Shown: positions 25,637 to 37,293, counted from the stretch's first letter. The stretch: DNA of 63,762 bases from Actinomycetota bacterium (GCA_044867345.1 JBIOUU010000070.1:1-63762); one strand, 5' to 3'. Notes: a model not told the origin generated them from the sequence alone. Translations and numbers: made by a program.

Positions 25637-26995
25637 ATGGCATTGCGCAGGTCGCTTGAGGTCTCCGTCCCCGCCGACTTGAGTATCTCCTCACGTCTCC
25701 CATCGGCGCTTGTGCCGTGCACTGACGCCCTCGCCCTCCTGTTGGCAGCGGCCGCAACAGGCTTTCGTCCCACAGCCTTCGGGTACGGAGTCCTGGCGGT
25801 GATCGCCCTCAACATCGCCCCCCCTGTATCCAGCCGGATCAACCCTCGACTCGGCGACGACTTCGGATGGCTGCTCGGCCGACTCGGAACCTGCATGCTC
25901 GTCGTCTTGCCGATCGCAACTCTCGTCCATGAGCGAGCAGGCGAACTCCTCCTTCTCGCTGTCTCGGCCACCGTCCTGGTCGCCACGAGCAGAGGCGTTG
26001 CCTACGGCATCCAGCGGCGCTTACGGGCCAGGGGCTTGGTCTCAGAGCGTGCCCTCATCGTGGGTGCCGGAGACGTGGGCGTCGAACTGGCCCGGATCCT
26101 CGATGGACACCCCGAGTACGGCCTGCGGCCCATCGGTTTCCTGGGGGATCCCGGAGATCGAGCCCTGCCCATCCCGACACTCGGCGACAGCGAGGACCTC
26201 GAACAGGTCGTCCGGCAACAGGACGTGAGGCGCGTCGTCGTGGGCTACGGGGGTGGGGAGGATCGTCAGCTCGTCGGGATCCTCAGGCGCTGCGAGAGCC
26301 TGCCGGTCGAGATCCTCGTCGTGCCACGGCTCTTCGAGTTGAACGCCGTACCGATCGGCGCCTCTCGGGACGATGCTTGGGGGATCCCGCTCGTCCGTGT
26401 GCGTCGCCCGACCCTGCAGCCGTCGGCGCGTATCGCCAAGCGGGTCTTCGATCTGGTCGTGGGGTCCCTGATCGTCGTGCTCGTCTCACCCGTCATGTTG
26501 GTTGCCGCCTGGGCAGTCCGGCTCTCGAGTCCGGGCCCGCTCCTCTTCCGGCAACGTCGCATCGGGTTCGATGGACGAGAGTTCGAGATCCTGAAGTTCC
26601 GGAGCATGCGGGTGAACGACGACTCGGACACACATTGGGCGGTTGACCACGATGACCGCATCACGCCGGCCGGACGGCTCCTCCGTCGCACCGGCATCGA
26701 CGAGCTGCCCCAGCTGTTCAATGTGCTGAAGGGCCAGATGTCGCTCGTCGGTCCGAGGCCGGAGCGCCCCCTCTTCGCGGAACGGTTCGGCACCGCGGTA
26801 CCGGGATACAGGGACCGTCACCGGGTTCCCGTCGGCCTGACCGGCTGGGCACAGATCCACGGCCTGCGGGGCGACACGTCCATACCGGACCGGGCTCGCT
26901 TCGACAACGACTACATCGAGCATTGGTCCTTGTGGCTGGATGTGATGATCATCTTGCGAACGATCTGGCTGGTCCTCAAGGGCACCGGACGGTGA
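25637..26995 (+). CDS. Priming polyprenyl-phosphate sugar-phosphate transferase (WbaP/exopolysaccharide phosphoglycosyltransferase family)
   Basis: N-terminal TM helices precede the C-terminal catalytic domain, which has KRVFDLVVG, FRQRRIG, KFRSM, DELPQLFNVLKGQMSLVGPRPERP. An ATG at 25637 is preceded by GGGAGG. Confidence 0.85.
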   Translation: MALRRSLEVSVPADLSISSRLPSALVPCTDALALLLAAAATGFRPTAFGYGVLAVIALNIAPPVSSRINPRLGDDFGWLLGRLGTCMLVVLPIATLVHERAGELLLLAVSATVLVATSRGVAYGIQRRLRARGLVSERALIVGAGDVGVELARILDGHPEYGLRPIGFLGDPGDRALPIPTLGDSEDLEQVVRQQDVRRVVVGYGGGEDRQLVGILRRCESLPVEILVVPRLFELNAVPIGASRDDAWGIPLVRVRRPTLQPSARIAKRVFDLVVGSLIVVLVSPVMLVAAWAVRLSSPGPLLFRQRRIGFDGREFEILKFRSMRVNDDSDTHWAVDHDDRITPAGRLLRRTGIDELPQLFNVLKGQMSLVGPRPERPLFAERFGTAVPGYRDRHRVPVGLTGWAQIHGLRGDTSIPDRARFDNDYIEHWSLWLDVMIILRTIWLVLKGTGR

Positions 26996-27885
26996 CGTCC
27001 TCCACGACCCGCACGTCGATCGGGCAGCTCCCGAACTTCCTCATCATCGGGGCCATGAAGGCCGGCACGACCAGCCTCTATCACTATCTCCGTGCCCATC
27101 CGCAGGTGTTCATGTCCTCCGTGAAGGAGCTCGACTTCTTCGCTCATGACCCGAACGGCAGCCGCGGTTTGGATTGGTATCGGAGGCAATTCGCAGCGGC
27201 TGAGGCGGGCTCGGTGGCGATCGGGGAAGCATCCACGATCTATACGAAGTTCCCACGGTTTCCAGGGGTTCCCGAACGGATCGCAGCACAGGTTCCGAAC
27301 GTCAGGCTGATCTACGTCATTCGCCATCCGATCGAGCGGATCCGTTCCCACTATCAGCATCAGGTGGCCGTGGGCGCGGAGCGTGCACCGTTCGAGCGAG
27401 CCGTCTTCGACGATCCCATCTACCTCGACTACAGCCGATACGCGATGCAGATCGACCAGTACCTTCCGTACTTCCCTCAGGATCGCTTGCTGGTCATCAC
27501 CTCGGAGGACCTCCGACACGAACGACTGGGAACGGTCCGCCGGGTCTATGAGTTCCTCGGCGTGGAGCCCGACTACACTCCTCCGAACTTGGATCGAGAG
27601 TTCTACCGGTCGGGCGAGCGGGTGACATATCCACCGCTCGCTTGGAGGATCCGGAGGACCCTGAAGAGACACCTCCCGGCGAGCAAGCGGGCCAAGGAAT
27701 TGGTGGATGCGCCGTTCGCTCGATGGCTGAGACGCCCCCTTCCCGGGAAGGAGGGAGCAAGCCCCTCCCGTGCCCAATCGATCCCGGAGGAGGTCCGCGA
27801 GCCGCTCGTTCGGCTCCTCGAGGAAGACGTGCGGCGCCTCCGCGGCTACGTGGGCCCTGGATTCGACGGCTGGGGGATCGCATGA
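26992..27885 (+). CDS. Sulfotransferase domain protein
   Basis: It has the PSB loop FLIIGAMKAGTTSLYHYL and the 3'PB region IYVIRHPIERIRSHY. A GTG at 26992 overlaps the stop of the priming transferase (GTGA). Confidence 0.85.
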   Translation: MTSSTTRTSIGQLPNFLIIGAMKAGTTSLYHYLRAHPQVFMSSVKELDFFAHDPNGSRGLDWYRRQFAAAEAGSVAIGEASTIYTKFPRFPGVPERIAAQVPNVRLIYVIRHPIERIRSHYQHQVAVGAERAPFERAVFDDPIYLDYSRYAMQIDQYLPYFPQDRLLVITSEDLRHERLGTVRRVYEFLGVEPDYTPPNLDREFYRSGERVTYPPLAWRIRRTLKRHLPASKRAKELVDAPFARWLRRPLPGKEGASPSRAQSIPEEVREPLVRLLEEDVRRLRGYVGPGFDGWGIA

Positions 27886-27936
27886 GCTCTGAGGCGGCCG
27901 CCGGAGTACCTCGCGCCGCATTGGGACGAGATTCAG

Positions 27937-29208
27937 GTGAAGCCTGAACCGACGACGAGCGGCGCCGAAGCCCCCATGCTTTGGACCCTCACGGTCCTGG
28001 TGGTCTTCCTGGTCGCAGCGATCGCCGCTCCGCAGTCCACCCAGGCCTCCACCACCTGCGGGACGTCGAATGGGCACACGCTCTGCCTCACGGTGCCGAA
28101 CGGTCCTCTGACGGGCGCCATCGTCGTCAAGATCACGAACGTCTCGAACAAGGGAACGGTGATCGGCACCTGGCTCCCCTCGGGGCCGTCGGCGACCAAG
28201 CTGATCACCAAGTTCAAGCCGTCGCCTGAGACCGGCGATTACTCCTTCGTGTGGCCCACGCAGAAATATCTGGATGCGTCGGGGGTGCTCAGGATCCAGC
28301 ACGGTTCCGCGTCATCCACCCCCATCGACGCCGCCGTGACCCTGTCCAATGGGAACGCCACGGACTTCCAGCACTCCCCGAACGATTGGACCAGCTTTCT
28401 TCCCGGACCTTGGACTTCCTCCACGGATCCAGTCGTAGCCGCCGCAGGTGACGGCGCCGCCGACGAGCCCGACCCGAACGCGACCGCAGCCGGCATCGCG
28501 GACGCCAGTCCGGCCCTGTTTCTCTACCTTGGCGATGTCTACGAGCTGGGCACGTTCACGGAGAACCTGAATCACTACGGGGCCTCTGCGCTCGACGGCA
28601 CGCCAGGCACGCTGTGGGGGGCGCTGGCGCGCATCACCCAGCCAACGGTGGGGAACCATGAGGCATCCCATCTCGTGGACTGGATGGACTATTGGCACGG
28701 TCATCCCTATCTCTCGTCCTTCACATTCGGTGGAGTGCTGTTCCTCGACCTGAACTCCTCGAAATCGTTCTCCGTGGGCAGCACCCAATACAAGTTCGTC
28801 CAGGATGCGCTGGCGAATGCGCCTCCATGCGTCGTGGCCTTCTGGCACATCCCCGTGAAGACGTCGACCTCGAGCAGCCGGCTTCCGATGTGGAGCCTGC
28901 TTGCGAGCAATGGAGGCGACATCGTCCTGGAGGGCCACTCGCACAGCATGGCCGAGTACAAGCCCCTCGATGCAAACCTCCAGCTCGGCGGACACATGGT
29001 CCAGCTCATCTCGGGGGCCGGGGGGCACGCCATGGGGAGCGGTATCACCGACTCTGAGGGCCGGTTGCAGTGGGCGCTGGCAAAGACGCCCGGGGCCGTG
29101 TACCTCACGCTGCAGGGTGCGGCCGGAGGTGGGCGCGCCACCAAGATCGGCTGGAGCTTCCAGGACACGCACCACGCGGTTCTGGAAACGGGCTCCGTCA
29201 CCTGCTGA
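27937..29208 (+). CDS. Exported calcineurin-like metallophosphoesterase
   Basis: It has a signal peptide (LWTLTVLVVFLVAAIAAPQSTQA) and the metallophosphoesterase motifs GDVYE, GNHE, and GHSH. Confidence 0.7.
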   Translation: MKPEPTTSGAEAPMLWTLTVLVVFLVAAIAAPQSTQASTTCGTSNGHTLCLTVPNGPLTGAIVVKITNVSNKGTVIGTWLPSGPSATKLITKFKPSPETGDYSFVWPTQKYLDASGVLRIQHGSASSTPIDAAVTLSNGNATDFQHSPNDWTSFLPGPWTSSTDPVVAAAGDGAADEPDPNATAAGIADASPALFLYLGDVYELGTFTENLNHYGASALDGTPGTLWGALARITQPTVGNHEASHLVDWMDYWHGHPYLSSFTFGGVLFLDLNSSKSFSVGSTQYKFVQDALANAPPCVVAFWHIPVKTSTSSSRLPMWSLLASNGGDIVLEGHSHSMAEYKPLDANLQLGGHMVQLISGAGGHAMGSGITDSEGRLQWALAKTPGAVYLTLQGAAGGGRATKIGWSFQDTHHAVLETGSVTC

Positions 29209-29270
29209 CCGGTCGGTCGCCGCTCCTTTGGTGCCGATCGCCGAGCCCCTGTTCGCCTCGGAGGGGAGCT

Positions 29271-30302
29271 CTATGCGGGATACCCATGCCGGATAAGCCA
29301 GTCGTGCCTCGCCCGCTGGTAGATATTCATGTCCCGGCTCTGCCTCACACCCTGGGGCAAGATGCCCGGATGATCGAGGTCGGTGAACTTCCCGTCACCG
29401 TCCCCGTCGTACCGGGGACCGAGGACGATGACGACGTTCTCGTAGGTACCGTCCGGCCATGTTTTCGTATCTTGCACCCGGATAGGGGTTTCCTCGTAGT
29501 AGACGAGGCAGTTTCGCATCACGACCGACCCGCCTCCGCTGAAGTACTTGAAGATTCGACCGTGCCCCAAGCCGTCTGGCGCCTTGTCGTTGGGGAACGC
29601 CTTGAACGCGAAGATGCAATCCTCGATGGTCGTTACCGCGTCCGGGTTCGGGGTCGCTTGCCCCAGTGAGACGCCCATGTGGATCCCATCGAACAGGCAG
29701 TCCTTGATGAACCCGGTCAATGTCTCATCGTTCTCGACGGCGTCGTCCCGGATCGTGGTGAAGTAGGCGCCCTCCAACAGGAAGACGGCACCAGCTGGAT
29801 CGCCCTCAGGAGCACGAGGGCGGAACCCATCGAACACGTTGTCGGCCCGAACGTCGTATGCGGCGGAGTATTCCCGGCCCGTCAGAAGCAGGCCGGCTCC
29901 CACCGACTCGAACGTCGCGTACACCTCCTCCCACGTGATGTCCTTGGGGAGTTGACCGAGGACGGTTCCGCCGACCAGGACCGTGCCGACACCGGGCTTG
30001 TCCTCCCCGAACGACAGGGGGAAGGCCGTCGGGTGGGGGTAGGCGGTCGAGATGAGACCGCGCAGATCGTAGGTCGTCTCCGGCGGGGGCGAGCCGATCC
30101 GGTACTGGGCATCGAGAAGCCCTGACCTCACGACCAGGTTCGGCCGCTCCAAAGCCTGCTGCCTCGTGGGAAAGGGGAGCGCGCCGGACTGCGCGCGCGG
30201 ACGCAGGGTCTTCACTGCAGGTGCGCATGACCCCATACCGAGGCTGGCGAGGAGCCACCCTCCCGCCGCCGCGGTTTCGATGAGGAACCTCCGTCGATTC
30301 AC
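29271..30302 (-). CDS. Putative Tat-exported lipoprotein of unknown function
   Basis: The N-terminus MNRRRFLIETAAAGGWLLASLGMGSC combines a twin-arginine motif with a lipobox-like GSC. I recognise no family for the rest of the protein. Confidence 0.5.
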   Translation of the reverse strand: MNRRRFLIETAAAGGWLLASLGMGSCAPAVKTLRPRAQSGALPFPTRQQALERPNLVVRSGLLDAQYRIGSPPPETTYDLRGLISTAYPHPTAFPLSFGEDKPGVGTVLVGGTVLGQLPKDITWEEVYATFESVGAGLLLTGREYSAAYDVRADNVFDGFRPRAPEGDPAGAVFLLEGAYFTTIRDDAVENDETLTGFIKDCLFDGIHMGVSLGQATPNPDAVTTIEDCIFAFKAFPNDKAPDGLGHGRIFKYFSGGGSVVMRNCLVYYEETPIRVQDTKTWPDGTYENVVIVLGPRYDGDGDGKFTDLDHPGILPQGVRQSRDMNIYQRARHDWLIRHGYPA

Positions 30303-30495
30303 AGGGCCAAGGATCCGGTACCTCGCGGTTCCTGGTGCCGCCGTCGGAGTTCCCTCTTCATGGGCCGGCCACGGCGGTCACGCTGGACGGAGGCGCGACC
30401 GCACCCCCCGTCGTGGTTCCGGCCCAGTGTATGACGCTTCGCCTATCGACCTGAGAGGACTTCCAAGCCGATCAAGGGAAGACCCATGCCGGGGG

Positions 30496-31881
30496 CTATC
30501 CCGGCCATCCAGAGCCAGGTTTGGCTCCGATCCGCCCGCGGGGGATATCCCCCTCCCATGTCTCCGACGGGTCGATCGGCACCGGTGACTGACCGGTCGG
30601 GTAATAGGAGAAGCCAGCCTCGCGCATCTCGGTGGGGTCGAAGACGTTTCGGCCGTCGACCACCAGGGGATAGGCCATCACGTCTCGTAACGCAGCCAGG
30701 TCCAGGTGGCGAAACTCGTCCCAATCGGTGGCGATCGCCACACAATGGGCATCGGCGGCTGCCGAATAGGCGTCGGGGGCGATCTCCAGCTCGGGGAGCT
30801 CGTCCTTGGCGTTCGCCGATGCCAGTGGGTCGTAACCGATGACGGAGGCACCGGACTGAAGGAGCCGGCGAGCGAGCGAGAGGGCGGGTGAGAGGCGCAC
30901 ATCGTCCGTGCCCGGCTTGAAAGCCAAGCCGAACACGGCGACCCGCTTCTCGTCGAGGATCCAGAGTGCGTCCTCCACCTTGGCCGCGATGGCCTCGACC
31001 GATTCATGGTTCACCCGATCCACTTCCCGCAGAAGCCCGAAGTCGTACCCGACTCGAGCGGCCAGCCGCTCGAGGATCACGACGTCCTTGGGGAAGCAGT
31101 AGCCCCCGTAACCGAGGCCGGCCGCGAGGAAGGAACGGCCGATCCTGGCGTCTGAGCCCATCACGTTGGTGACGGCCCTGATGTCGGCGCCCAAGCGCTC
31201 GCAGATCCGGGCCAGCGCGTTGGCGTACGAGATCTTGAGTGCCAGGAATGCGTTGCTTGCGGCCTTCGCGAGCTCGGCGGTCCTGATGTCGGTCTCGATG
31301 AGGGGAATCCCGTTCCGAGTCAACGGCTCGTAGAGACGGCGCAACAAGATCGCCGCGCGCTCGGACTCGACCCCGATGAGGATCCGGTCGGGCTCGAGCG
31401 CATCACGCAACGCCGTACCCTCCCTGAGAAACTCGGGGTTGCATGCCACGTTGAACCGTCTGCCATCGCCCTCTCGAGCCAGCACGAGCCGAAGCCGATC
31501 GGCCGTTCCGGCCGGGACGGTTGACTTCTCCACCACGACCACGCCATCCCGTGCGTGGTGCGCGACGGCCGTGGCCGACCGCTCCATGGCCAGGAGGTTG
31601 GCCTCCCCGTCGGGGCCCGCGGGGGTCCCCACGCAGATGAACACGATCGCGGCCGCATGCATCGCCTCGGGCGGCGCGTCGGTGAACGTCAGGCGGCCCG
31701 CGCTCAGCTCCCGCGCCAGAGCCTCGTTGAGTCCGGGTTCGTGGAAGGGCGCGATCCCCTGTTGGAGGAGTGAGATCTTCTCGCCGTCAACGTCGAAACC
31801 GACGGCCTCATGCCCCATGCTCGCCAAGGCAACGCACGTAACGACACCCACGTGACCGGTGCCGATGACCGCGACCTTCAT
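30496..31881 (-). CDS. ugd: UDP-glucose 6-dehydrogenase
   Basis: It contains MKVAVIGTGHVGVVTCVALA and the catalytic region GGYCFPKD. The ATG at 31881 is chosen over the longer track ORF. Confidence 0.9.
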   Translation of the reverse strand: MKVAVIGTGHVGVVTCVALASMGHEAVGFDVDGEKISLLQQGIAPFHEPGLNEALARELSAGRLTFTDAPPEAMHAAAIVFICVGTPAGPDGEANLLAMERSATAVAHHARDGVVVVEKSTVPAGTADRLRLVLAREGDGRRFNVACNPEFLREGTALRDALEPDRILIGVESERAAILLRRLYEPLTRNGIPLIETDIRTAELAKAASNAFLALKISYANALARICERLGADIRAVTNVMGSDARIGRSFLAAGLGYGGYCFPKDVVILERLAARVGYDFGLLREVDRVNHESVEAIAAKVEDALWILDEKRVAVFGLAFKPGTDDVRLSPALSLARRLLQSGASVIGYDPLASANAKDELPELEIAPDAYSAAADAHCVAIATDWDEFRHLDLAALRDVMAYPLVVDGRNVFDPTEMREAGFSYYPTGQSPVPIDPSETWEGDIPRGRIGAKPGSGWPG

Positions 31882-32009
31882 CAGGGTCCAGCCTCCGAAG
31901 TCCGGGAGCCTCTTCCCGAGTCTAGGGAGGGTCTGTCTCCGATCAGAGCTTCGGCAGCGGTAGTTCCGGTACGCACAACGCCGTAGGAATCGGGCGCCGG
32001 AGAGTCGCG

Positions 32010-32038
32010 TTGACCTCAAGCACTCACGCCGGTATCCT
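32010..32038 (+). promoter_or_regulatory. Putative groESL promoter
   Basis: TTGACC (32010-32015), a 17-nt spacer, and TATCCT (32033-32038) lie immediately upstream of CIRCE. Confidence 0.55.
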
Positions 32039-32040
32039 GT

Positions 32041-32067
32041 TTAGCACTCGCGAGGGGCGAGTGCTAA
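32041..32067 (+). promoter_or_regulatory. CIRCE operator (HrcA binding site)
   Basis: It is a perfect match to the consensus: TTAGCACTC-N9-GAGTGCTAA. Confidence 0.95.
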
Positions 32068-32109
32068 ACCGCCCCACAGGACGCCACCGAGCATGGCAAG
32101 GAGGAAGGA

Positions 32110-34096
<1,987 letters not shown>

Positions 34097-34156
34097 GACG
34101 GGAGAATCGGGGAGACCGGAGGGCAACAGGGGCCGCCTGCCTGGGTCCTCCCTGGA

Positions 34157-34555
34157 CTAGGGGACGGGCTTCTCCAGCCCGGTCGTGATCAGTCCGATCA
34201 ACAGCAAGGTCGTGAACGCTCCCTCCAGGCCGGCGATCATCCACCACAAGAGGACGGAGGAGTCGGCCGGGACGGCGAAGAGCGCCTTGAGTGTCGAGTA
34301 GACGGCGATGCTTCCGCTGCTGATGACGAAGGCCCACGAGAACCACCAGAGCTCTTCGATATGGTGAGCAACGAGAACCATCAGCATCCCGAGGCCGATA
34401 CCTTCGAGGCCGGCGATCCGAACCCACGCGTATTCGGAGAGGTGGTTCTGCTCGAAGATCTGGTGGAGGATGGGGGAGGGGAACAGCACGAGTCCCACGC
34501 CGGAGGCAGCAGTGACGGCGGCCTGCCAGTACAGGACCCGCTTGAGCAGCGTCAT
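34157..34555 (-). CDS. Small integral membrane protein of unknown function
   Basis: 132 aa with four hydrophobic helices. I recognise no family for it. Confidence 0.5.
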   Translation of the reverse strand: MTLLKRVLYWQAAVTAASGVGLVLFPSPILHQIFEQNHLSEYAWVRIAGLEGIGLGMLMVLVAHHIEELWWFSWAFVISSGSIAVYSTLKALFAVPADSSVLLWWMIAGLEGAFTTLLLIGLITTGLEKPVP

Positions 34556-34676
34556 GGAGCGCCCATTCTCGCAGCTTGGTCGGCCCGTCCGGCTCGTTGG
34601 TAGGATTCCTCACCGGAGCTGCGGCGAAAGGCGCCGGGCTCCCTTTCGCGACACCGACCGATCGGATAGCTGACGG

Positions 34677-36071
34677 ATGACGCACGCACCGAGAGTCGCG
34701 GTCATCGGGCTCGACTGCGCCACACCCCAACTCCTGTTCCGCGATCTCGCCGACGAGGTCCCCAACATCCGAAAGCTCATGGAGGGCGGGATGCACGGCG
34801 ACCTCGCCAGCATCACGCCGCCCATCACCGTGCCGGCGTGGGCCTGTGCCATGACCGGTAAGAGCCCCGGCCAGCTGGGGATCTACGGGTTCCGCAACAG
34901 GAAGGACAACACCTACGACGGGCTATCCATCGCGACCTCCGAGGCCGTGAAGGAGCCCGCCGTGTGGGATCTCCTGGGACGGAAGGGTCTGCGGTCGCTG
35001 CTGATCGGCGTGCCGCCCTCATACCCGCCGAAGCCCATCGAGGGCTGGCGCGTGGGGTGCTTCCTCACGCCGCGCTCAAACAAGGGCTACACGCATCCGG
35101 TCGAGCTCCAGTCCGAGATCGAGGAGGAACTGGGGGGAGCCGGCCAGTACATCTTCGACATCCCGAACTTCCGGGAGCAGGGTATGGAGTTCGTGCTCGA
35201 CCAGGTATCCAAGATGACCGAGCGGAGGTTCAGGGTGGCCCGCCGGCTAGTGACCACCAAGCCATGGGACTACTTCATGATCGTGGAGATGGGGCCGGAC
35301 CGCCTGCATCACGTGTTCTGGCAGTACTTCGATCCCCGGCACCCCTTGTACGTGGCGGGGAACCGGTTCGAGACGGCCTTTCAGGACTACTACCGGTTCC
35401 TGGACAAGGAGGTGGCCTCTCTGCTCGAGGTCCTCCCGGAGGACGCCGTGACGATCGTGATGTCGGATCACGGTGCGCGGCCGATGATGGGCGGCGTCTG
35501 CATCAACGACTGGTTGGTCGGCCAGGGCTACCTTTCGCTTTCGGAACCGCTCTCGTCCGTCACGCCGATCGCCGATGCGCCGATCGACTGGGGCCGGACC
35601 GTGGCTTGGGGGGACGGGGGCTACTACGGGCGGCTGTTCCTGAACGTCGAGGGACGAGAGCCGAACGGGGTGGTCGACCCGAGCCGGTACGAGCAGGTTC
35701 GAGACGAGCTGATCGCCGCCCTCGAGGCGATGCCCGGACCGGACGGCGAACCCCTCGGAACCAAGGTGTTCAAGCCGCAGGACGTCTATCCGGACGTCCG
35801 GGGGGTGGCCCCCGACCTGCTCGTGTACTTCGGCGACCTCGACTGGCGGTCGGTCGGTACGCTCGGCAACCCGAGCGTCTACACCTACCAGAACGACACC
35901 GGCCCGGACGGGGCCAATCACGACCGGACCGGAGTGTTCGCGCTGTCGAACCTCCCCGGCCAGCCGGTGGGAACCGTCGACGGGCTGAACCTCGTCGACG
36001 TCGGCCCCAGCATCCTCTCGATCTATGACGTCGAGCCGCCCGAGGGCGCCGTCGGAAGGAGCTTCCTGTGA
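34677..36071 (+). CDS. Alkaline-phosphatase-superfamily protein (type I phosphodiesterase/nucleotide pyrophosphatase-like)
   Basis: It contains [28 protein letters not shown] and VMSDHGA, which are typical metal/nucleophile segments of the NPP/AP family. Confidence 0.7.
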   Translation: MTHAPRVAVIGLDCATPQLLFRDLADEVPNIRKLMEGGMHGDLASITPPITVPAWACAMTGKSPGQLGIYGFRNRKDNTYDGLSIATSEAVKEPAVWDLLGRKGLRSLLIGVPPSYPPKPIEGWRVGCFLTPRSNKGYTHPVELQSEIEEELGGAGQYIFDIPNFREQGMEFVLDQVSKMTERRFRVARRLVTTKPWDYFMIVEMGPDRLHHVFWQYFDPRHPLYVAGNRFETAFQDYYRFLDKEVASLLEVLPEDAVTIVMSDHGARPMMGGVCINDWLVGQGYLSLSEPLSSVTPIADAPIDWGRTVAWGDGGYYGRLFLNVEGREPNGVVDPSRYEQVRDELIAALEAMPGPDGEPLGTKVFKPQDVYPDVRGVAPDLLVYFGDLDWRSVGTLGNPSVYTYQNDTGPDGANHDRTGVFALSNLPGQPVGTVDGLNLVDVGPSILSIYDVEPPEGAVGRSFL

Positions 36072-36622
36072 CCGCGGACCGAGGGTTCTGTGTCTGGTTC
36101 ACCGGGCTGTCCGGCGCCGGCAAATCCACCATCGCCGAGCTGCTGGTGCCGGCGCTCCGCCAACGAGGCCTCAAGGTCGAGCTCCTGGACGGAGACGTGG
36201 TGCGAACGCACCTTTCCAAGGGCCTGGGATTCTCCAAGGAGGACCGGGACACCAACATCCTTCGGATCGGGTTCGTCGCCGATCTGCTAGTGCGCAACGG
36301 TGTGGTCGCCGTGTGTTCGGCGATCTCCCCCTACCGGGAGATCCGCGATCGCAACCGCGAGCTGATCGGGGACTTCGTCGAGGTCCACGTCAAGGCCTCG
36401 CTCGAGGAGGTCACCAGGCGGGACGTGAAGGGCCTGTACGAGAAGGCCATCGCCGGAGAGATCTCGAACTTCACCGGGGTGTCCGATCCCTACGAGGAGC
36501 CCAAGAGCCCCGAGCTGGTGATCGACACCGAGCAGTGCTCTGCGGAGGAAGCCGCGGAGATGGTCCTGGCCAAGCTGGAGGAGCTCGGCCGCCTGACCTC
36601 GAACCAGCCCGCGAACGCCTGA
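36068..36622 (+). CDS. cysC: Adenylyl-sulfate (APS) kinase
   Basis: It contains [45 protein letters not shown], and [12 protein letters not shown] at 36068 overlaps the upstream stop (GTGA). Confidence 0.92.
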   Translation: MTADRGFCVWFTGLSGAGKSTIAELLVPALRQRGLKVELLDGDVVRTHLSKGLGFSKEDRDTNILRIGFVADLLVRNGVVAVCSAISPYREIRDRNRELIGDFVEVHVKASLEEVTRRDVKGLYEKAIAGEISNFTGVSDPYEEPKSPELVIDTEQCSAEEAAEMVLAKLEELGRLTSNQPANA

Positions 36623-36639
36623 GGGTCGCTTGGCTGCGC

Positions 36640-37206
36640 TCAGCTCGCGTCGCGAGCGAGGGCCGGATCGAGGTCGCGCGTCCGAACGAACACCCACCCG
36701 GTGTGTCTCGCGTCGCGCAGGATCACCTCATGCTCCACGATGCCCTTATCGATCCACTCGAGCACCTGCTCCTCGGAGACACGGGACAGGAAGGCGGCCT
36801 CCCGCACGGTGACCCACGCGGGGGTGGGAAGCGAATCGAGGTCGATCCGGCCGGGAGGCGTCGGACGGGGGTCGGCAATGACCGCTGGAGATCCCATCGG
36901 CCGTTCCTCGGCCACCAGCTCCGGGTGGATGGGCGGACTCTCCTGTGCCACAGGCTCGGGCTGGGGGACCGGCTTCATCTCGACCATCGGCTCGGGGCCC
37001 GAGGCCCATCCCCGATCCTTTCCCTCGCCCACGGACCATCCCTCGCGCTCGTCGAAGATGCCGCTGAGGCGGCCGCACCGCGGACAGATCGTCGTCTCCC
37101 AGCCTGCATCGCCCGGGCGGGTTCGCCGGAGCTTGGCCTCCAGCCGCTCGAGCAGTTCCTCGGCCTGCGGCGTCAGCAGGCACTCCGGGCAACGATCTGC
37201 CGCCAT
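36640..37206 (-). CDS. Zinc-ribbon plus C-terminal helix-turn-helix (excisionase/MerR-like) protein
   Basis: The CPEC...CPRC pairs sit at the N-terminus, followed by a Pro-rich linker. The C-terminal WVTVREAAFLSRVSEEQVLEWIDKGIV is HTH-like. Confidence 0.55.
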   Translation of the reverse strand: MAADRCPECLLTPQAEELLERLEAKLRRTRPGDAGWETTICPRCGRLSGIFDEREGWSVGEGKDRGWASGPEPMVEMKPVPQPEPVAQESPPIHPELVAEERPMGSPAVIADPRPTPPGRIDLDSLPTPAWVTVREAAFLSRVSEEQVLEWIDKGIVEHEVILRDARHTGWVFVRTRDLDPALARDAS

Positions 37207-37293
37207 ATCCCCTCCTCGCGGTCCGACCCTTAGGTGTCGGCCGTACGGAGGGGGTCCTTAACCGGGGCGGTGAGGGAACTGGAGGACTCGGCC

